Source: Neocallimastix sp. 'constans'
Lineage: Eukaryota
Assembly (NCBI GenBank): GCA_050613775.1
Contig: JBODTK010000121.1
Span: 62,001 to 126,000 of the forward strand
Length of the DNA: 64,000 bases
Direction of reading: 5' to 3'
A program made the position numbers and the translations under genes. Of this stretch, positions 1-15,175 are shown piece by piece. A model generated the notes under the pieces. It saw nothing but the letters and a program-made list of their open reading frames with translations, was not told the origin of the DNA and did not search any database. The number at the start of each line of letters is the position of its first letter. Within the stretch, counting starts at the first letter, position 1.

Positions 1-765
1 TTAGAATATTTAATTTAATAAAAAAAATATATATGTATTTATCCAAATATATAAATATATTTGTTATTTGTTATTATGGAAAAACTAGTAATGACCATAA
101 TAAAATAATTAATTTATTATAAAAAATTATTTTTACGTTAATTTTTATTTTTTGATTTCTTATTTATTTATCTATTTTTTTTTATTTTTTATTTTTTTTT
201 TTTTTTTTACTTTTTTTACTTTTTTTACTTTTTTTACTTTTTTTATATAAATAATCATTAAAATCTTATATTATTCCTTTTTCTATTTTAAATTTGTTTT
301 AAAATAATAAATAGTTGTATAATACATAGATTTCAATTGAATTTGTTTTTTATTTTAAATATTATTGAATTAATTTAATTTCCTTATTATAATACATTTA
401 TTAATATCTATCTTAAATATATACTTGAAAATATACAAAAAAAGAACAATTTTGATCATTTGAAAATTTTCCAATTTAAATAATTTAAATATTTCTTTTT
501 TTGTATATATATCAAAATTGAATATGGAATTTTTGCCTTATTTTCATATTTATCCTTTACTATTAATATAAAAATAAAGTATTATATGCTCTTTTTCATT
601 TTTTTTATTGTGATTTTTTGTGTTTTTATTATTATTAGTATCATTATTTCTTGTTCAAAATAAATACTTTTATTTTAAGTCTATAAATAAAAATAAAATC
701 AAAATTCCAAATAATTCATTATATAATGAATAGCATAATATATTTATTAAAATTAAATTATTGAA

Positions 766-805
<40 letters not shown>

Positions 806-859
806 AATTAGAATAAAATAAACTTCATTGGTTCCTCGGATTCATTCTATATTCGAATT

Positions 860-890
<31 letters not shown>

Positions 891-1275
891 TATAAATATA
901 TAAATAAAATAATTTTATGAATAATATTTTTCTAAATTTAATATCTAATTAATACACTAATAATTACAAAATATATATATATAAAAATGAAGTTTTACCG
1001 CAATACTTTATTTCTAATTAAACTATCTATTTGTATATATTTAGATAAATTTTTATAATGTCTATTTAATTTATAATTTTTTTAATTAAAAAAAAAAATA
1101 ATATAAAAATAAATAATATATATATATTTCTTTTTTTTATATTAATTTAATATATAGTTTTATTTTCAATAATATGAACATAATTTTTTGTTAAGGAGTC
1201 AGACACAAAATGTATGCTTTACACAATAATAATAATGTTATATTTTTTTTTAATATATATATTATTAAGAATAAT

Positions 1276-1375
1276 TTTTATGTTAAAAAGACTCAAATAA
1301 AAAATATTACATTTAATTTTAATTTTATGTTAAAAAGACTGAAATAAAAAATATTACATTTAATTTTAATTTTAT
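1276..1375. repeat. 47-bp tandem duplication
   Basis: TGTTAAAAAGACT(C/G)AAATAAAAAATATTACATTTAATTTTAA at 1281 and 1328. Confidence 0.85.
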
Positions 1376-3519
1376 ATTATTGGCACATTATTTATTATTT
1401 ACATTATAAAATATTTATAATATTTTAATGCAATATAAGAAATCTTATATTTCTTAACAATTTTTTAATATATTAAATTAATTATTATATATTAAATTTT
1501 ATATAAAATTTATTTGAAATTGTTTTTAGAGAAAAAAAATATCTAAATACCTCATTTTTTTTAAATATATCATAGTATAATTCAAAAATGTTTTTCCATC
1601 TTCAATTATAATATTTAATTGATAATATATAATTTAATGCAACATCATTATATATTAACATATTTTATATATATAACCTATTTTATTTACATCTTTTTTT
1701 GAAATAGAATTTTAATATTTCAAGAATTTAAAGTGAAAAATATAAATATCTGAGTTTGATTCATTGAAATCTAATCCGTTTTTGATTAAAATAATTAAAA
1801 TATTATTACTAATTATGGGTGTGTTGCATTTCGGAACTTGACTTTATATAAAAAATGGTGTACTTAATATATGTAAAATAATATTTATTTATTAAATATA
1901 ATTTAACCTCAAAAATACCTCATTAATTTCTTTTACTCATTCATTGATTACATTTCGCTTATTCTCGGCTGATCTCCAACTCTACACAGTCGCAAGCTTT
2001 GTGCTCGAGTCTCACTCGCCTACATTTGCTACATTTCATTTAACTATTCATTCGTTCAATCATTATTTTCTGTATTTTTAGAGTTTATTTTAATACTAAT
2101 TTTTGACAATATTTAGCATAAAAACCATACTATATATGCAGATCACGTGAGTTCAGTATTATAAAACTAGTATTATTAATGAATAATAAAAACACTATTG
2201 TTTAATGAACTATTAAAACCTGTATTGTTTATATATTTATAATATAGAGCCCAGAATTCAATGAACTCTAAAACAGCTATGATTTATATATTATGAAAGT
2301 GTTTTAGCATATAGCAAACCTACCTAGTTTAATGCATATTGAGCATATATTTAGCATGTTCGATGTTGTAAGATCATAAGTTCAAACTAGCTAGGTTTTG
2401 CATAACTATCATATATCATACACATATATCAACATACGCATAATATGCGATAAAACTAGTATATTAATATGTATAAGATTTTGGCAGAATTATATATTTG
2501 ATATAGTTTGCATAGTTTGATGCATATGTTGATATTTTACGATTATTGTTATTTTATATATATATATATAAACTATGATTGTTAATACTGAATTTGAATG
2601 TCTTTTGATACTAAATCTAGCTCAAACATTCATCAATCAAACAATGCTAAAAACACATATTATTGATATATAATGATGGTAGTTTAAAGCATTCAAATTC
2701 GATTATGTTTAAAACATATATTTGTATAAAACCTATATCATTTATAAATATTAATTATATGCCATTATCGTATATTTGTATACTTGTATTTGAATGCCAA
2801 TATATGCTAATAATAGTCTAAAACATATATATATATACGATTAGCTGCAACTGTTATATATATGATAGTTTTAGCAGTTTTGGGCATTCAAATACAATGA
2901 TATGGTTTTAGCATATATATTGATATAAATGATATGGTTTGATTGATTGTATTTGTATGTCATTTTCGCATTAATTTATCATAAAATATATATGGTTTTG
3001 ATGGTTTAAGTTGATACTAGTTTTGAACAATATTTGCATAGTTTTGACATACAAATACAATATTCCAACATTCTGGACATTACATTAATTAATTAACGAT
3101 ATAGGGTTTGATGCTAAAACTATGCTAAAACTGCTATCAAAATTCATCAATCAAAAATAAAATAAAAATAAAATAAAAATACAATAAAATGCCAATCTTA
3201 CATATGCATTGTTTTAGCATAAATATAGCATAAAAGCCATATCAAATATATATATTTAATTTCTGGACTGTTAATTAAAATATTAAACAGGTAAAGTTTT
3301 TGTATAAATATATGCTAAAAACCATATTGATTTTAAATATAAAAATAAAATAAAATAAAATAAAATAAAATAAAAATATAATGAATGTAGTGCATTTCAC
3401 TAATTTTTATAATACAAATTTTCAATATTTTAATGGCTTGTAAAATTTTTTGTTAACGCCATAAAAATTTTAATACAATTATATGTAAAAAAAAATAAAT
3501 GTATAAATAAATAAATAAA

Positions 3520-4452
3520 TAAATATTGAATGTATATAAAATAAAATAAAATAAATATTGAATGTAATAATATAAAAGTAAAAGTATAAAAAATAAAAAT
3601 AAAATAAAAATAAAATAAATAGTAGAATATTAAATATAAAGTACAGATTGAATAAAATAAAATAAAAATAAAATAAAATAAAATAAAATAAAATGAAATA
3701 AAATAAAATAAAATAAAATAAAATAAAATAAAATAAAATAAAATAAAATAAAATAAAATAAAATAAAATAAAATAAAATAAAATAAAATAAAATAAAATA
3801 AAATAAAATAAAATAAAATAAAATAAAATAAAATAAAATAAAATAAAATAAAATAAAATAAATAGTTGAAATATAAATATAAATACAGATTGAATAAAAT
3901 AAAATAAAATAAAATAAAATAAAATAAAATAAAATAAAATAAAATAAAATAAAATAAAATAAAATAAAATAAAATAAAATAAAATAAAATAAAATAAAAT
4001 AAAATAAAATAAAATAAAATAAAATAAAATAAAATAAAATAAAATAAAATAAAATAAAATAAAATAAAATAAAATAAAATAAAATAAAATAAAATAAAAT
4101 AAAATAAAATAAAATAAAATAAAATAAAATAAAATAAAATAAAATAAAATAAAATAAAATAAAATAAAATAAAATAAATAGTTGAAATATAAATATAAAT
4201 ACAGATTGAATAAAATAAAATAAAATAAAATAAATAGTTGAAATATAAATATAAATACAGATTGAATAAAATAAAATAAAATAAAATAAATAGTTGAAAT
4301 ATAAATATAAATACAGATTGAATAAAATAAAATAAAATAAAATAAATAGTTGAAATATAAATATAAATACAGATTGAATAAAATAAAATAAAATAAAATA
4401 AATAGTTGAAATATAAATATAAATACAGATTGAATAAAATAAAATAAAATAA
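3520..4452 (+). repeat. Compound satellite: (AAAAT)n punctuated by a ~35-bp unit AAATAGTTGAAATATAAATATAAATACAGATTGA
   Basis: Directly visible. The unit occurs at ~3860, 4175, 4232, 4288, 4345 and 4400, with a variant at ~3617. Confidence 0.9.
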
Positions 4453-6279
4453 CGCTTGTTTAAGATTTTCAGGGAGGAAATACTTTGCAAGTACAAACAA
4501 TACTTTTATTTTTATGATAATAATATATGTTTATTTTATTAAAAATATTATATAATAGAATTAAATAATTATAATCACAATGAAAAAATAATATACGAAT
4601 TATTCTTAATATATATATTATTTATTATTAAAGATTGATTTATTAAATGTTTTTGAAATATAACAGATATCAATTTATTATTAATAAAGTTCTAATATAA
4701 TCATAATTTTTAATGATTTTAGTAAAAAAGTAAATGAAATTAATACCAAAAAAAAAAAAAAAAAGAAAAACACTAAAAATATATTTATTAATAAATAAAA
4801 ATTATATCTAATTTTATTTACCAAATCATGGTAAGTATTAATATCCATAAATAAAGTATAAGAAATAACAAACCTTTACTGAAATATTCATTATATTTTA
4901 AATGTCTAATACAAAAAATTTTAATTACTGATTAATTAAACTTTATTAAATATAATATTATTTTATATAAAAATTTTACAATAATAAATATATATATTTA
5001 TATATGTTAAGGTTTTATTTCTATATTTAAAAAAATAATTATAAAATGAATTATATAACTAAATTAATAAATAAGTAAAAGATAGAATAAAAAAAAAAAA
5101 AAAATTAAAGGATTAATTTGTTAAATATAAAAAATTAATATTGATTGTTTTTTATTTTTTTTTTTCTATTTTTCTTTATAACAATTTAATAAATTAAAAA
5201 ATAAATTCCAAGCTATATTAATATACTGTAATATTTTCATAAACTATAGAAAGAGAGGGTAAAGAATATAATTATGAATAAAAGTAATCAAAACTATAAG
5301 AGTTATTATGGTAATACTTCCATGATAAATACCAATTCTACCTTAAACAATAGTAATAATGGTAATTCTACTTCAATGGATTCCCAAAATGTATGAAAAA
5401 TAATTATGACAATAATTATTTTATTTAATTTTATTTAATTTTATTTTATTTTTTTTAATTTTGATATTATATTATTAAAATTATATATGTATAATTATAT
5501 TTTATACTTTATTATGCTTTATATTATGATTTATAAATAAATAATGTTAATTTTAATTTAATTTTTTTTTTTCTTTATTAATATTATTTTATTTTACTTT
5601 AATTTTATTAATACTATTTTATTTTATTTTTTTTTTATTACTATTATTTTATTTTTTTATTTTTTTTAATTATGTTGCTTTATTTTATTTTTATTAATAC
5701 TATTTTTTTTTATTATTATTTTTTTTATTAATAATTTGCTCTTTTTATACTACATAAATATTTTTTTATTTTATTTTTTACAAATAATTTTATTAAAAGT
5801 TATTTTAGTTTATTTTAATATAATTTATTGTATTAATTATTTTATGTCTTAAATTATGATATACAAATAAAATATATGAAACAAAAAAAAAAATTTTTTT
5901 ATTCCAATTACAAAATATGTAACAGAATAATTATCATATAATTATATATATTATAATTAAAAATAATATAAAAAAAATAATGTATTTATTTAAAGATAAT
6001 TTATTTATTTAAATTAGAGTTACAATTTGTCCTTTTTCCTTAAGGGATAAAATTTTTTTTAATGGTGATACATAAAAACATTATTTATATATATATAATA
6101 AATTTAAAATTTTTTAATGAAAAAAAAAAAAAAAAAAAAATGTTTTTATTATTTTAATAATTATATTATTTATGAATAAGACTAAAAATTAATTCATAAA
6201 ATAAAAATATATATATATTTGTAACTTTTTTTATACTTGAATTTTAATAATTGTAACAAAAGAAGTCAGAATAAAAAAA

Positions 6280-8779
6280 ATGAATAAAAAACCATTATGT
6301 AGTGTGTTATTATGGATTATATTATATTTAACAAATAAGATAGTCCGTGCTCAAAGTGAAATTTTTGTATCAGTTCCTCAACCAGAATATCCATATACTC
6401 TTCCTAAGGATTTTGAAAAAAAATATTCTGAGTTATCCTGGGAATATTTTCAAAAAATAGCAAAAGATAATCCTATTCTTAAAAATGAAGATATTGTAAT
6501 TAAATTTTTATTTTTTAATTATTCATGGTGGGATGGTTCCTATGCAAACTTAGAAAGGAATTATGTTAAATTTTTGGGTGAGGATGGATTTGATTTTATG
6601 GTCATGGATGATCGTATTTTTTTTGATGATATAGGAATAATGAGCGCCACTTATGTTCCATATTATGTTAACATAGATTATCCTTCACTTACCTTATTAA
6701 TGGATTATAAAGATTATATTAATGATGAGGAAATGGATTTCCATAATCCTAAACAATATAAAGAAGGAAAATATGATGGTCATATTTATGGTTTGCCATT
6801 TGATATTGATTTTGAAGGATTATATTATCATAATGATGATGAAAAAGCTATAAGTATTGTAGAAAATATAGGTTATAAAACATGGGATGATTTAGTAGAT
6901 GAATTGAAATCTCCACCTTCTGCACCTTTAAAAATTGCTTTAGGTGTGGAAACCGATTTACTAGGATTTTTCGTTGAATATATTAGTAATCATCGTAATT
7001 TTAACAAAGAATATGATTCAAATTTTTATAATATATTCCTTAATACGACAGGGGATGAATTAATTAGAAATTTTTTTAACTTAACACGCAAATATACAGA
7101 AAATAAACCTTCCCAATCTACCAGCTTAAAAAGAGAAAAAGCCTTTTCAGTCTTTACTGATAAAAAATCAACTTTCTTAAGAGGAAAAGCCTCTTTATAT
7201 GATATTGTATGGAGTAATAAAACAGAAGTTTCTTTTACTCTTCCTCCAAAAAAAACCACAAATCTATTTCATAGATACTTGGTGGCTAATAAAGCACGTG
7301 TTGGTAAAGAATTATCAGCAAAAGTTTTTACAGAAATTGCCAAGGTATTAACTTCAAAAGAAATGCAGCTTTTTAGAGCAGAAACTTTTGGTGGTATTCC
7401 TACATTTGATTTAAAGAAAAAAGATTCAGATGATCAAATAAAAAGATATTGTGATGAATTCCCCATGATGTGTGAATATCTGGAAACCATGAATAAAATT
7501 TATATTAAAGATGTTTTTAACCCTTCGAAATATGCCGTTCCATATTTTGAAGTGGAATGCTTTTTGCCATTAAAACTAAGATATTATTTGGATTCAGGTA
7601 AACAAGAAGACTTTGATGTAATAAAGCATGTATTATATAACATTAAATATTTAGTAACAAATGGTGAAGGTTTTAATTGGTATATATTCTTTTCATATGT
7701 ATTTGCTTTTATATCTCTTATTATGTCTTTTGGAACTATTTATTTCACCAATAAATTTAGAGATCATCCTTCAATTAAAATTATTTCACCATCATTTTGT
7801 AATATGATTGTATTTGGTATTTCAATGAGTTTATTCAAACCGTTATTCCGTTTACCTCCTTATTCCTATTTTAAAATTAGATTTATATTAATATATAATA
7901 CAGTTAATAATGGTTTAATTTTTATACCAATGTTTGTGGTTACCTATCGTATTTTCCGTATTTTTAAAGTTAAAACATTTTTATCAAACTCATTAACAAA
8001 TAAAAGACTTATGATTATTACTATCGTTTTAATATCAATATCTACAATCTATAGAGCGGTTATTGCTTTCACTAGTAAAGTATATTATAAGATGACTGGA
8101 GGTGTCAGAGAATCAAGAATGCCATATATTTATTATTCAAATAATAAAATTGATTCGGATATTTATTTTACCTATAATAATATTATCGTAAGAAAATAAA
8201 TAAATAAATAATAATAATAATATATTTTTATATAATATAAATTAAAAAAATATACAATACAAATAAAATTAATCTAATTATTAATATATATATATATTAT
8301 TTTATTTATCTATTTATTTATTTTGGTTTTAATAGTTTATTGCATTATTATTTATGATTATTTGTACCGGAAGTTTTTCCAAAAAATTTGGAGATATTTG
8401 CTATGTTTTTGTGGTATTTTTTATGAATGTCAATGATTTTATGATAAACTTCATGATAACAATTTTTGATGAAGGAATATTCTTTAAATTCTTCTTTATA
8501 TTAACAATATATAATGATATAATGGTGTTATTTTGCATTTATATTTTAGTTGGTTCAAGAGTTTTAAATATTTTGATAAATCCAAAATATGATAGCGTAA
8601 GAGGTAGCAGTGTTGATCTTAAAAAATATGTTACATTAAATTTTTCACTTTTCTCTAGAAGTTCAAATAAAACTATGAATGGTAGTAACAGCACTTTAAA
8701 TAAAAATTCCTCTATATCACGTAATAGAGAATCAACTGTACCTACATTAAAAAGGAATAGAAGTAATACATTGATTTAA
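6280..8779 (+). CDS. Extracellular solute(sugar)-binding protein domain fused to a 7-transmembrane class C GPCR-like domain (2 exons: 6280-8187, 8336-8779; ~783 aa)
   Basis: N-terminal signal peptide. SBP family-1-like motifs YDGHIYGLPF..LYY and KTWDDL. Seven hydrophobic segments, with the class C-like loop DHPSIKIISPSFC after TM1. Phase-0 GT..AG intron 8188-8335 joins the two ORFs in frame (..YNNII/FIALLFMIICTG..). Confidence 0.85.
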
Positions 8780-8946
8780 AAAGAAAAAAAAAGAAAATTA
8801 AATGTTTTATATATGTATTTATTATTGAAACTTTGTAATTATATAGTTTGATAGTACGAATAATTTTTTTTTTTTTTTTTAGTGAATACTTTTTTGAAAA
8901 ATAAAATTTTCAAATATTTTAAACCTTTTAATATATTATATAAAAA

Positions 8947-8983
<37 letters not shown>

Positions 8984-9184
8984 ATAAATAAATAAATGTA
9001 TTTTTTAATAGAATAGAATTAGAAATTAGTACTCAAATTAATAAAAATAAAATAATAATAATAATAATAATAATATTAATAATAATAATTTTATTTAAAT
9101 AATTTTCTTTATTTTACATTTCATCTTTACATAATGATTAAATTATTAATATTTATATATTTCTTATTTTGAAATTTTTAATCT

Positions 9185-9618
9185 TTCAAATTTTTAATAG
9201 TGTACTACGAATATAGGTATATTTATATTTTTTATTTATAGATACAATGATCCACAACGAATTAAAAAATTGATAATTTTGTCCTTATTTTGTTTTAATA
9301 AGTAGAATAATAAGGTATTTACAAAATCGTTCTTTATTTTTTTTAAAAAATGATAATTTTATATTAGTCTTAAGAGATCTAACCGATTTGAAGGAACAAT
9401 ATTACTTTTTTTTTTTTTTTTGTGAGTAGTGATTTCATTATTATTTTATCTAATATATTTAACAAGTTCTGTTGACACATTTTCAATTAAAGTAAAGTAA
9501 TCATTTTAATCATAATAGATGATTTGAGCATGATGCTTCATATAAAGTTAGGCCAATTTTATTTGCTCTATTTTAATACAACTCATTAAAAGTAATTTTG
9601 TTTCACCTATTCTATATA
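9185..9618 (-). pseudogene. 3' fragment of a paralogous ankyrin-repeat pseudogene
   Basis: Reverse complement is colinear with 63520-64000, sharing GTGAAACAAAA..CTTTTAATGAGTTGTATT, TATGAAGC.TCATGCTCAAAT, TTAATTGAAATGT, TAAGGACAAA, TTTTTAATTC.TTGTGG and CTATAAATAAAAAATATAA. Confidence 0.75.
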
Positions 9619-10151
9619 AATGGGATAAAAAAAAGTAAAAATTTTAGTAGACAAATTAGATAAATTTCCACTAAAAAAAAAAAAAAAAAAGATTGTAAAC
9701 TTTTACTTGGAAAGAGGTATGGAAAGAAAATCAATCAAGACTAAGGCATATAAGAAAAATGAATATGAGAAAACAAGAGATTACTTAAAGCTCAACTTTA
9801 AGTATCCTGAATATAGCATTGGTTTCCTGTGGGTACTTCGTGCCAGATATCGATGCTCATGTTGTCAAGGCTGCTTATATGATTGAAGACCACTGTCCAG
9901 AACGATATTCTTATTGTTATAGAGAAAATAGTAATCCACGATTGGAACATTGGTTTTTTAATTGTTTTTTTAATTGCTATCTTTTCCGCGAATTTCAAAT
10001 GAAATATTTATATGGATATTGAAATTCTTTATGAATTTTTTTTTGGAATTACCGAATATTGTCCAATATCAAATAGTAATGTAAGCACTGTTGCTACAGA
10101 TATGAATAATATAGAATCAAGTATTGATTCTGATAGAAGTAATGGTGTGTA

Positions 10152-10527
<376 letters not shown>

Positions 10528-11337
10528 AAATATTATAATATTTATAATAATAATAAAAGCAATAGTGTTGTTAATAATAGTAATAGTATTGATAGTGAAA
10601 ATAGGAATATTAATATTAGTGATAGTGAAAATAATAGTATCATTACTAATAATGTAGTAAATACGTCAATTGCTGAAAATCATATCAATATTTGAAAATT
10701 TTCTGAATAAAAGTGTGTAAATACTTATGCAATGTGGTACTGATTATTGATTATGTTACTTCCTTCTTGGTGGAAGAGATACAGAGATACAGACATTGTT
10801 GGTTTAAATTATAAAAAGGAAGGAGTTGTTTTGTTTAATAACCAAATCATTTCTGGTGATTATTCTAAAACGCCATTCTTGATGAGATCTTCGGCTCTCT
10901 TTATAGAAATTATGTCTAGGAATAGTATTCTCTCCGACCGTATAAGAGCAAACTAACCAGTAGCGTCATTGCTAAAAATGCAGCAAGACAGGCCAGCAGG
11001 ATCAATGCCTCTGATGGAGAAGACCATAATTTCTTTTTCAGTTAATCAATTCAAACCTTAATCCGGAATAAGAATTTCTTTAAATTGAAATCTTATAATC
11101 TGGAGGTGAGGTTTGTTGCATATGAACTTTTTTCTGAATTTATTTATATACTTCACTTTGAATATTATTTTTTATTTCATATTGCTATTTAAAACATTAT
11201 TATGTTCAAATTGGACAAATAATATTTGTTATTTTATTAACTGTGTGTTTTTTAAAATAAAAATATTCATGTAATTAATAAATAAATAAATAAGTAAATA
11301 AATAAAATTAAATTAAATTTTTATTAATTTGTAAGGA

Positions 11338-11382
11338 TTTGAATAAGTCCTTTTGAATAAGTCCTTTTGAATAAGTCCTTTT
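11338..11382. repeat. 14-bp tandem repeat x3 (GAATAAGTCCTTTT)
   Basis: Copies at 11341, 11355 and 11369. Confidence 0.85.
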
Positions 11383-11502
11383 TTTTTTTTTTATATATAT
11401 ATATTAAATCATAATTAATAAAAATTTTGTTTGATATAATATACAATATATATTAGTAAAGTATACTCTTATTAATTCTGATAAACAGCATACACACACA
11501 TA

Positions 11503-11549
<47 letters not shown>

Positions 11550-11775
11550 AAGAAAGAAAGAAAGAAAGAATAAAATGGAAATAAAAAAAATAAAATAAAA
11601 TAAATGGTGAAATAGTATAAAAGAGTAAAGTATCAATAAAAATAAAATAAAATAAAATAAAATAAAATAAAATAAAATAAAATAAAATAAAATAAAATAA
11701 AATAAAATATATTTAGAATACACTTAAATTGAATATTAAATATATAAAATTTATCATATAAAAAATCATTGGAAT

Positions 11776-11822
<47 letters not shown>

Positions 11823-14800
11823 TATTATGAATAATATAATATACTAGACTTACTTATTATAATAGATTTATATTATTTATATATAAGTGTATAAAACAGT
11901 TAAATGTTGTGAAATATTGAAACTATTGAATATTTTATTTAAAATAAGTTCTAAGCAATTTCATTTTGATTGCACTACCTTTTATTTTTTTTTAAAAAGG
12001 AAAAAAGTTATATTAAATAATAAATGAAATGAAGGGTAAACCATTTTAGTATGAAAAGCAAAAATTGATTTGAATTATATATTTTTATTAGATATTAAAC
12101 AAATTAATATAATAATTAAAACAATATTTTACTATTAAATATTAAATTATTATTAATACAATATTATATTACTGAATAATCATTTTTATAAGTTATTAAT
12201 TTAAATATTCTGTTATATAATAATTAATAAAATAATTTATTTATAAATTCCTTGACTAAATATTTTTAATATTTTTAGTCATCTAATATAAAATAAAAAA
12301 ATTGTTGGAAAAGAGCATTTTTTTTCTATTAATTTCACATTTTTTTCATTTGTAACATTATTATAATTGGTTTATTATGATTTTTTTAAATCATTTTCTT
12401 TAATATTATTTTTATATAAATTTTATTCTGGAGGTCATTGATATTGTTCAGTTTATTTATTTTTTCTCAAAATAATAATAAAGAAATGGTAGAGGTTTTG
12501 AAAGAATACCTTCTTAATAAAATTATTATATTAAATATAAATATTTATAGTGAATATTCATTGTATTTGTTATTATATGCATATTTTGTATGGTAACTTT
12601 TAAAAAATTATTTTTGTTTTGAATATTCCGGTACTACAAATCACTATCTCATATATATATACAATTTTTCTTTTTTTTTTTTTTTTTAATAAAAAGTAAA
12701 TATGGTTTTTTTTATTGATATAATTGTTACTATTTTTTTAAAATAGCTTAATAAATTCACATATATTACAATGAATATATACATATAATATTTATTATTT
12801 CCCTAATTTTACTACCATTTAGAATTTTTTATCTTAGTTTTACCTTTTTTTTTTTAATTTTTATCTTTCATTATAAATTACAATTTAGAATCTAATCGTA
12901 AAATTTAAAGATGTTAATTATAATATAAGACTGTTCATTGCTATTGGAAGTGGAAGACTTATGAAAAATTATTCCAAATGTTATCTAAATCAATGAATAT
13001 TTGAATGTTCTATTTTTTTTAAATATTGGATTAATATAGTTAAATTACATTAAAAAAATCTTTTCACTTTGTTTAAAGATAAAAAAAAAATTCACTTTTT
13101 AACTTTAGATGAACTACTCAAAAGAGTTATAATAATTCTTTGCAGTCAATTTATACTTAGAACGAGGTGCTGTACCTAATGAAATGGTGAATTTCTTCTT
13201 TAAAATATATATATATTTATGTTTTATAATTTTTAAAAATATTCTATTTTAATAAATTAATAACTTAATAAAATTATTATTTTTAAGCTAGAGTACTTGC
13301 TTTATTATTATAAATATGAAAGTTAATGTATATTAATAATAGTCAATGCTTTTTAATATATTAATAATAAAATACTAAAATTATATATCTGACTATTTTA
13401 TATCACAAAAGTAATATCTTCTAACCTTAATATTTTTTTTAATAATTTAATTTCATGGAAAAATATAATAAAAAAAATTTTTGACATTTAAATTGTCATA
13501 AATTTTTCATATATTAAAATATAATGTTAATATAATAAAAATAAAATTAATTTATGTTTAATGAAAAATTTTTATATAAATATATATAAATATGAACATA
13601 AAAATATATTATATGACAAATGTTATAAAAAAAAAAGATAGAATAATATGATAAAAAAAAATATGTAATTATATATATTTAATTAGAAAAAAATTTTTGT
13701 GAAAATTCAAATAGAATAATAATTTTTATAAGTTTTATTATATATATAAATAATTTAAATATTTATAGTTTTTTTTTTTTTTTTGTATAATTAACTTTTT
13801 AATATATTTATTTATTTTTTTCAATTATTATTAATTAAATTCATTTCTTGGATTTATATAATTTTTTAAAAAGAAAAAAAACATAAAATGAAGAGAAAAA
13901 AAAAAAGATGATTTAATATATTCTTTGGATATGTTCTAAATAATTGATAAAATTATTTATTTATTTTATTTTATTTTATTTTTTTTTTTATTTCATGTTG
14001 TAAAAATTTATTATTAAAAAAGAATTTATGAGTATTGGTACTATTATTATTATAAATATAATAATTTTCAAAAAAAAAAATATTAATTATTAATTGTTTT
14101 TAATAATGAATAATATTAAAACAAAATTAAAACAATGTAAAAAAAAAATATTAATGAAATCATTTTATTATTGATATTGTATAATTGTATTAAAAATAAA
14201 AAGAAAAAAAAATATTTCATATATATATTTTATCAATAAATTCAAAATACAAATATTATAATTTATAAAATTATATATGTATATTTATATATTTCATATA
14301 TTTCTATAAAATTCTTTAGAAAAAAATAAAAGTTTAGTTTAATCTTTTTTTTTTTTTTTTTTAAAGTTTTGGAAGTTTTTTTTTTATATCATATTTTATT
14401 ATTTTATATTGTTAATATTCTATTAGTTCTTTTAATTAATACCAATTAAAATTTAAAACAATATCAATATCATTTAAATTAATATATGACATTTATAATA
14501 TATGACATATTATAAATTATAAATTAATAAATCATGTCATGAAAGAATAATTTAATTCTAATATATAATACAATACATATTAAATAAAATAAATGACAAA
14601 TACTTAACAATTATTATATTCATCCATCCAATAAAATTAAAAATATTTAATTCATGTTGATATAAAACACTACAGAATAAAATTCATTAGTAATTATTAT
14701 ATAATTAATTTATTTATTTATTCATTTTGTATTCATTTAAATTTTATTATTTTATTATTTAATTTATTTATAATAATATCCATTCATTTATTAAATAATA

Positions 14801-15175
14801 AAAAATATACTAAAATTTTTATTTTAATTTTTAATAATTATTATATATTATAAAATATTTATTATTAAAAATAAAATTTTTTTCATTTTTTTATTTTTTT
14901 TATATTTAACCAAGAAAAAAAAAAAAATTTCATTTTGAAAAATTTTTCTAAATTATATTTTATTATTATTTTAAATATATATATATTTTTTATTGAATAT
15001 AACTGTTTAATTAATTATAAATATAATTCAAATTAAAACAAACGACCAAACTATAAATATAGTATTAAAATATTAATACTATATTAATTATTATTTTTTT
15101 TATTTGCTTGTATTCCTATAAATCTTTTTATATATTTACAATATTTTTTTTTTATTTTAAAAAAATAAAAAACTA

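Noticed and set aside
3430..4500. 356-aa and 288-aa 'FYFIL' ORFs (likewise 58320-59360, 25969-26655, 11472-11723, 19863-20123)
   Set aside because: Translations of stop-free (TTTTA)n or T-rich repeats; no protein-like complexity.
12880..13200. Possible remnant exons (slightly GC-richer patches bounded by AG/GT)
   Set aside because: Stops in all frames and no recognisable motif; cannot be supported.
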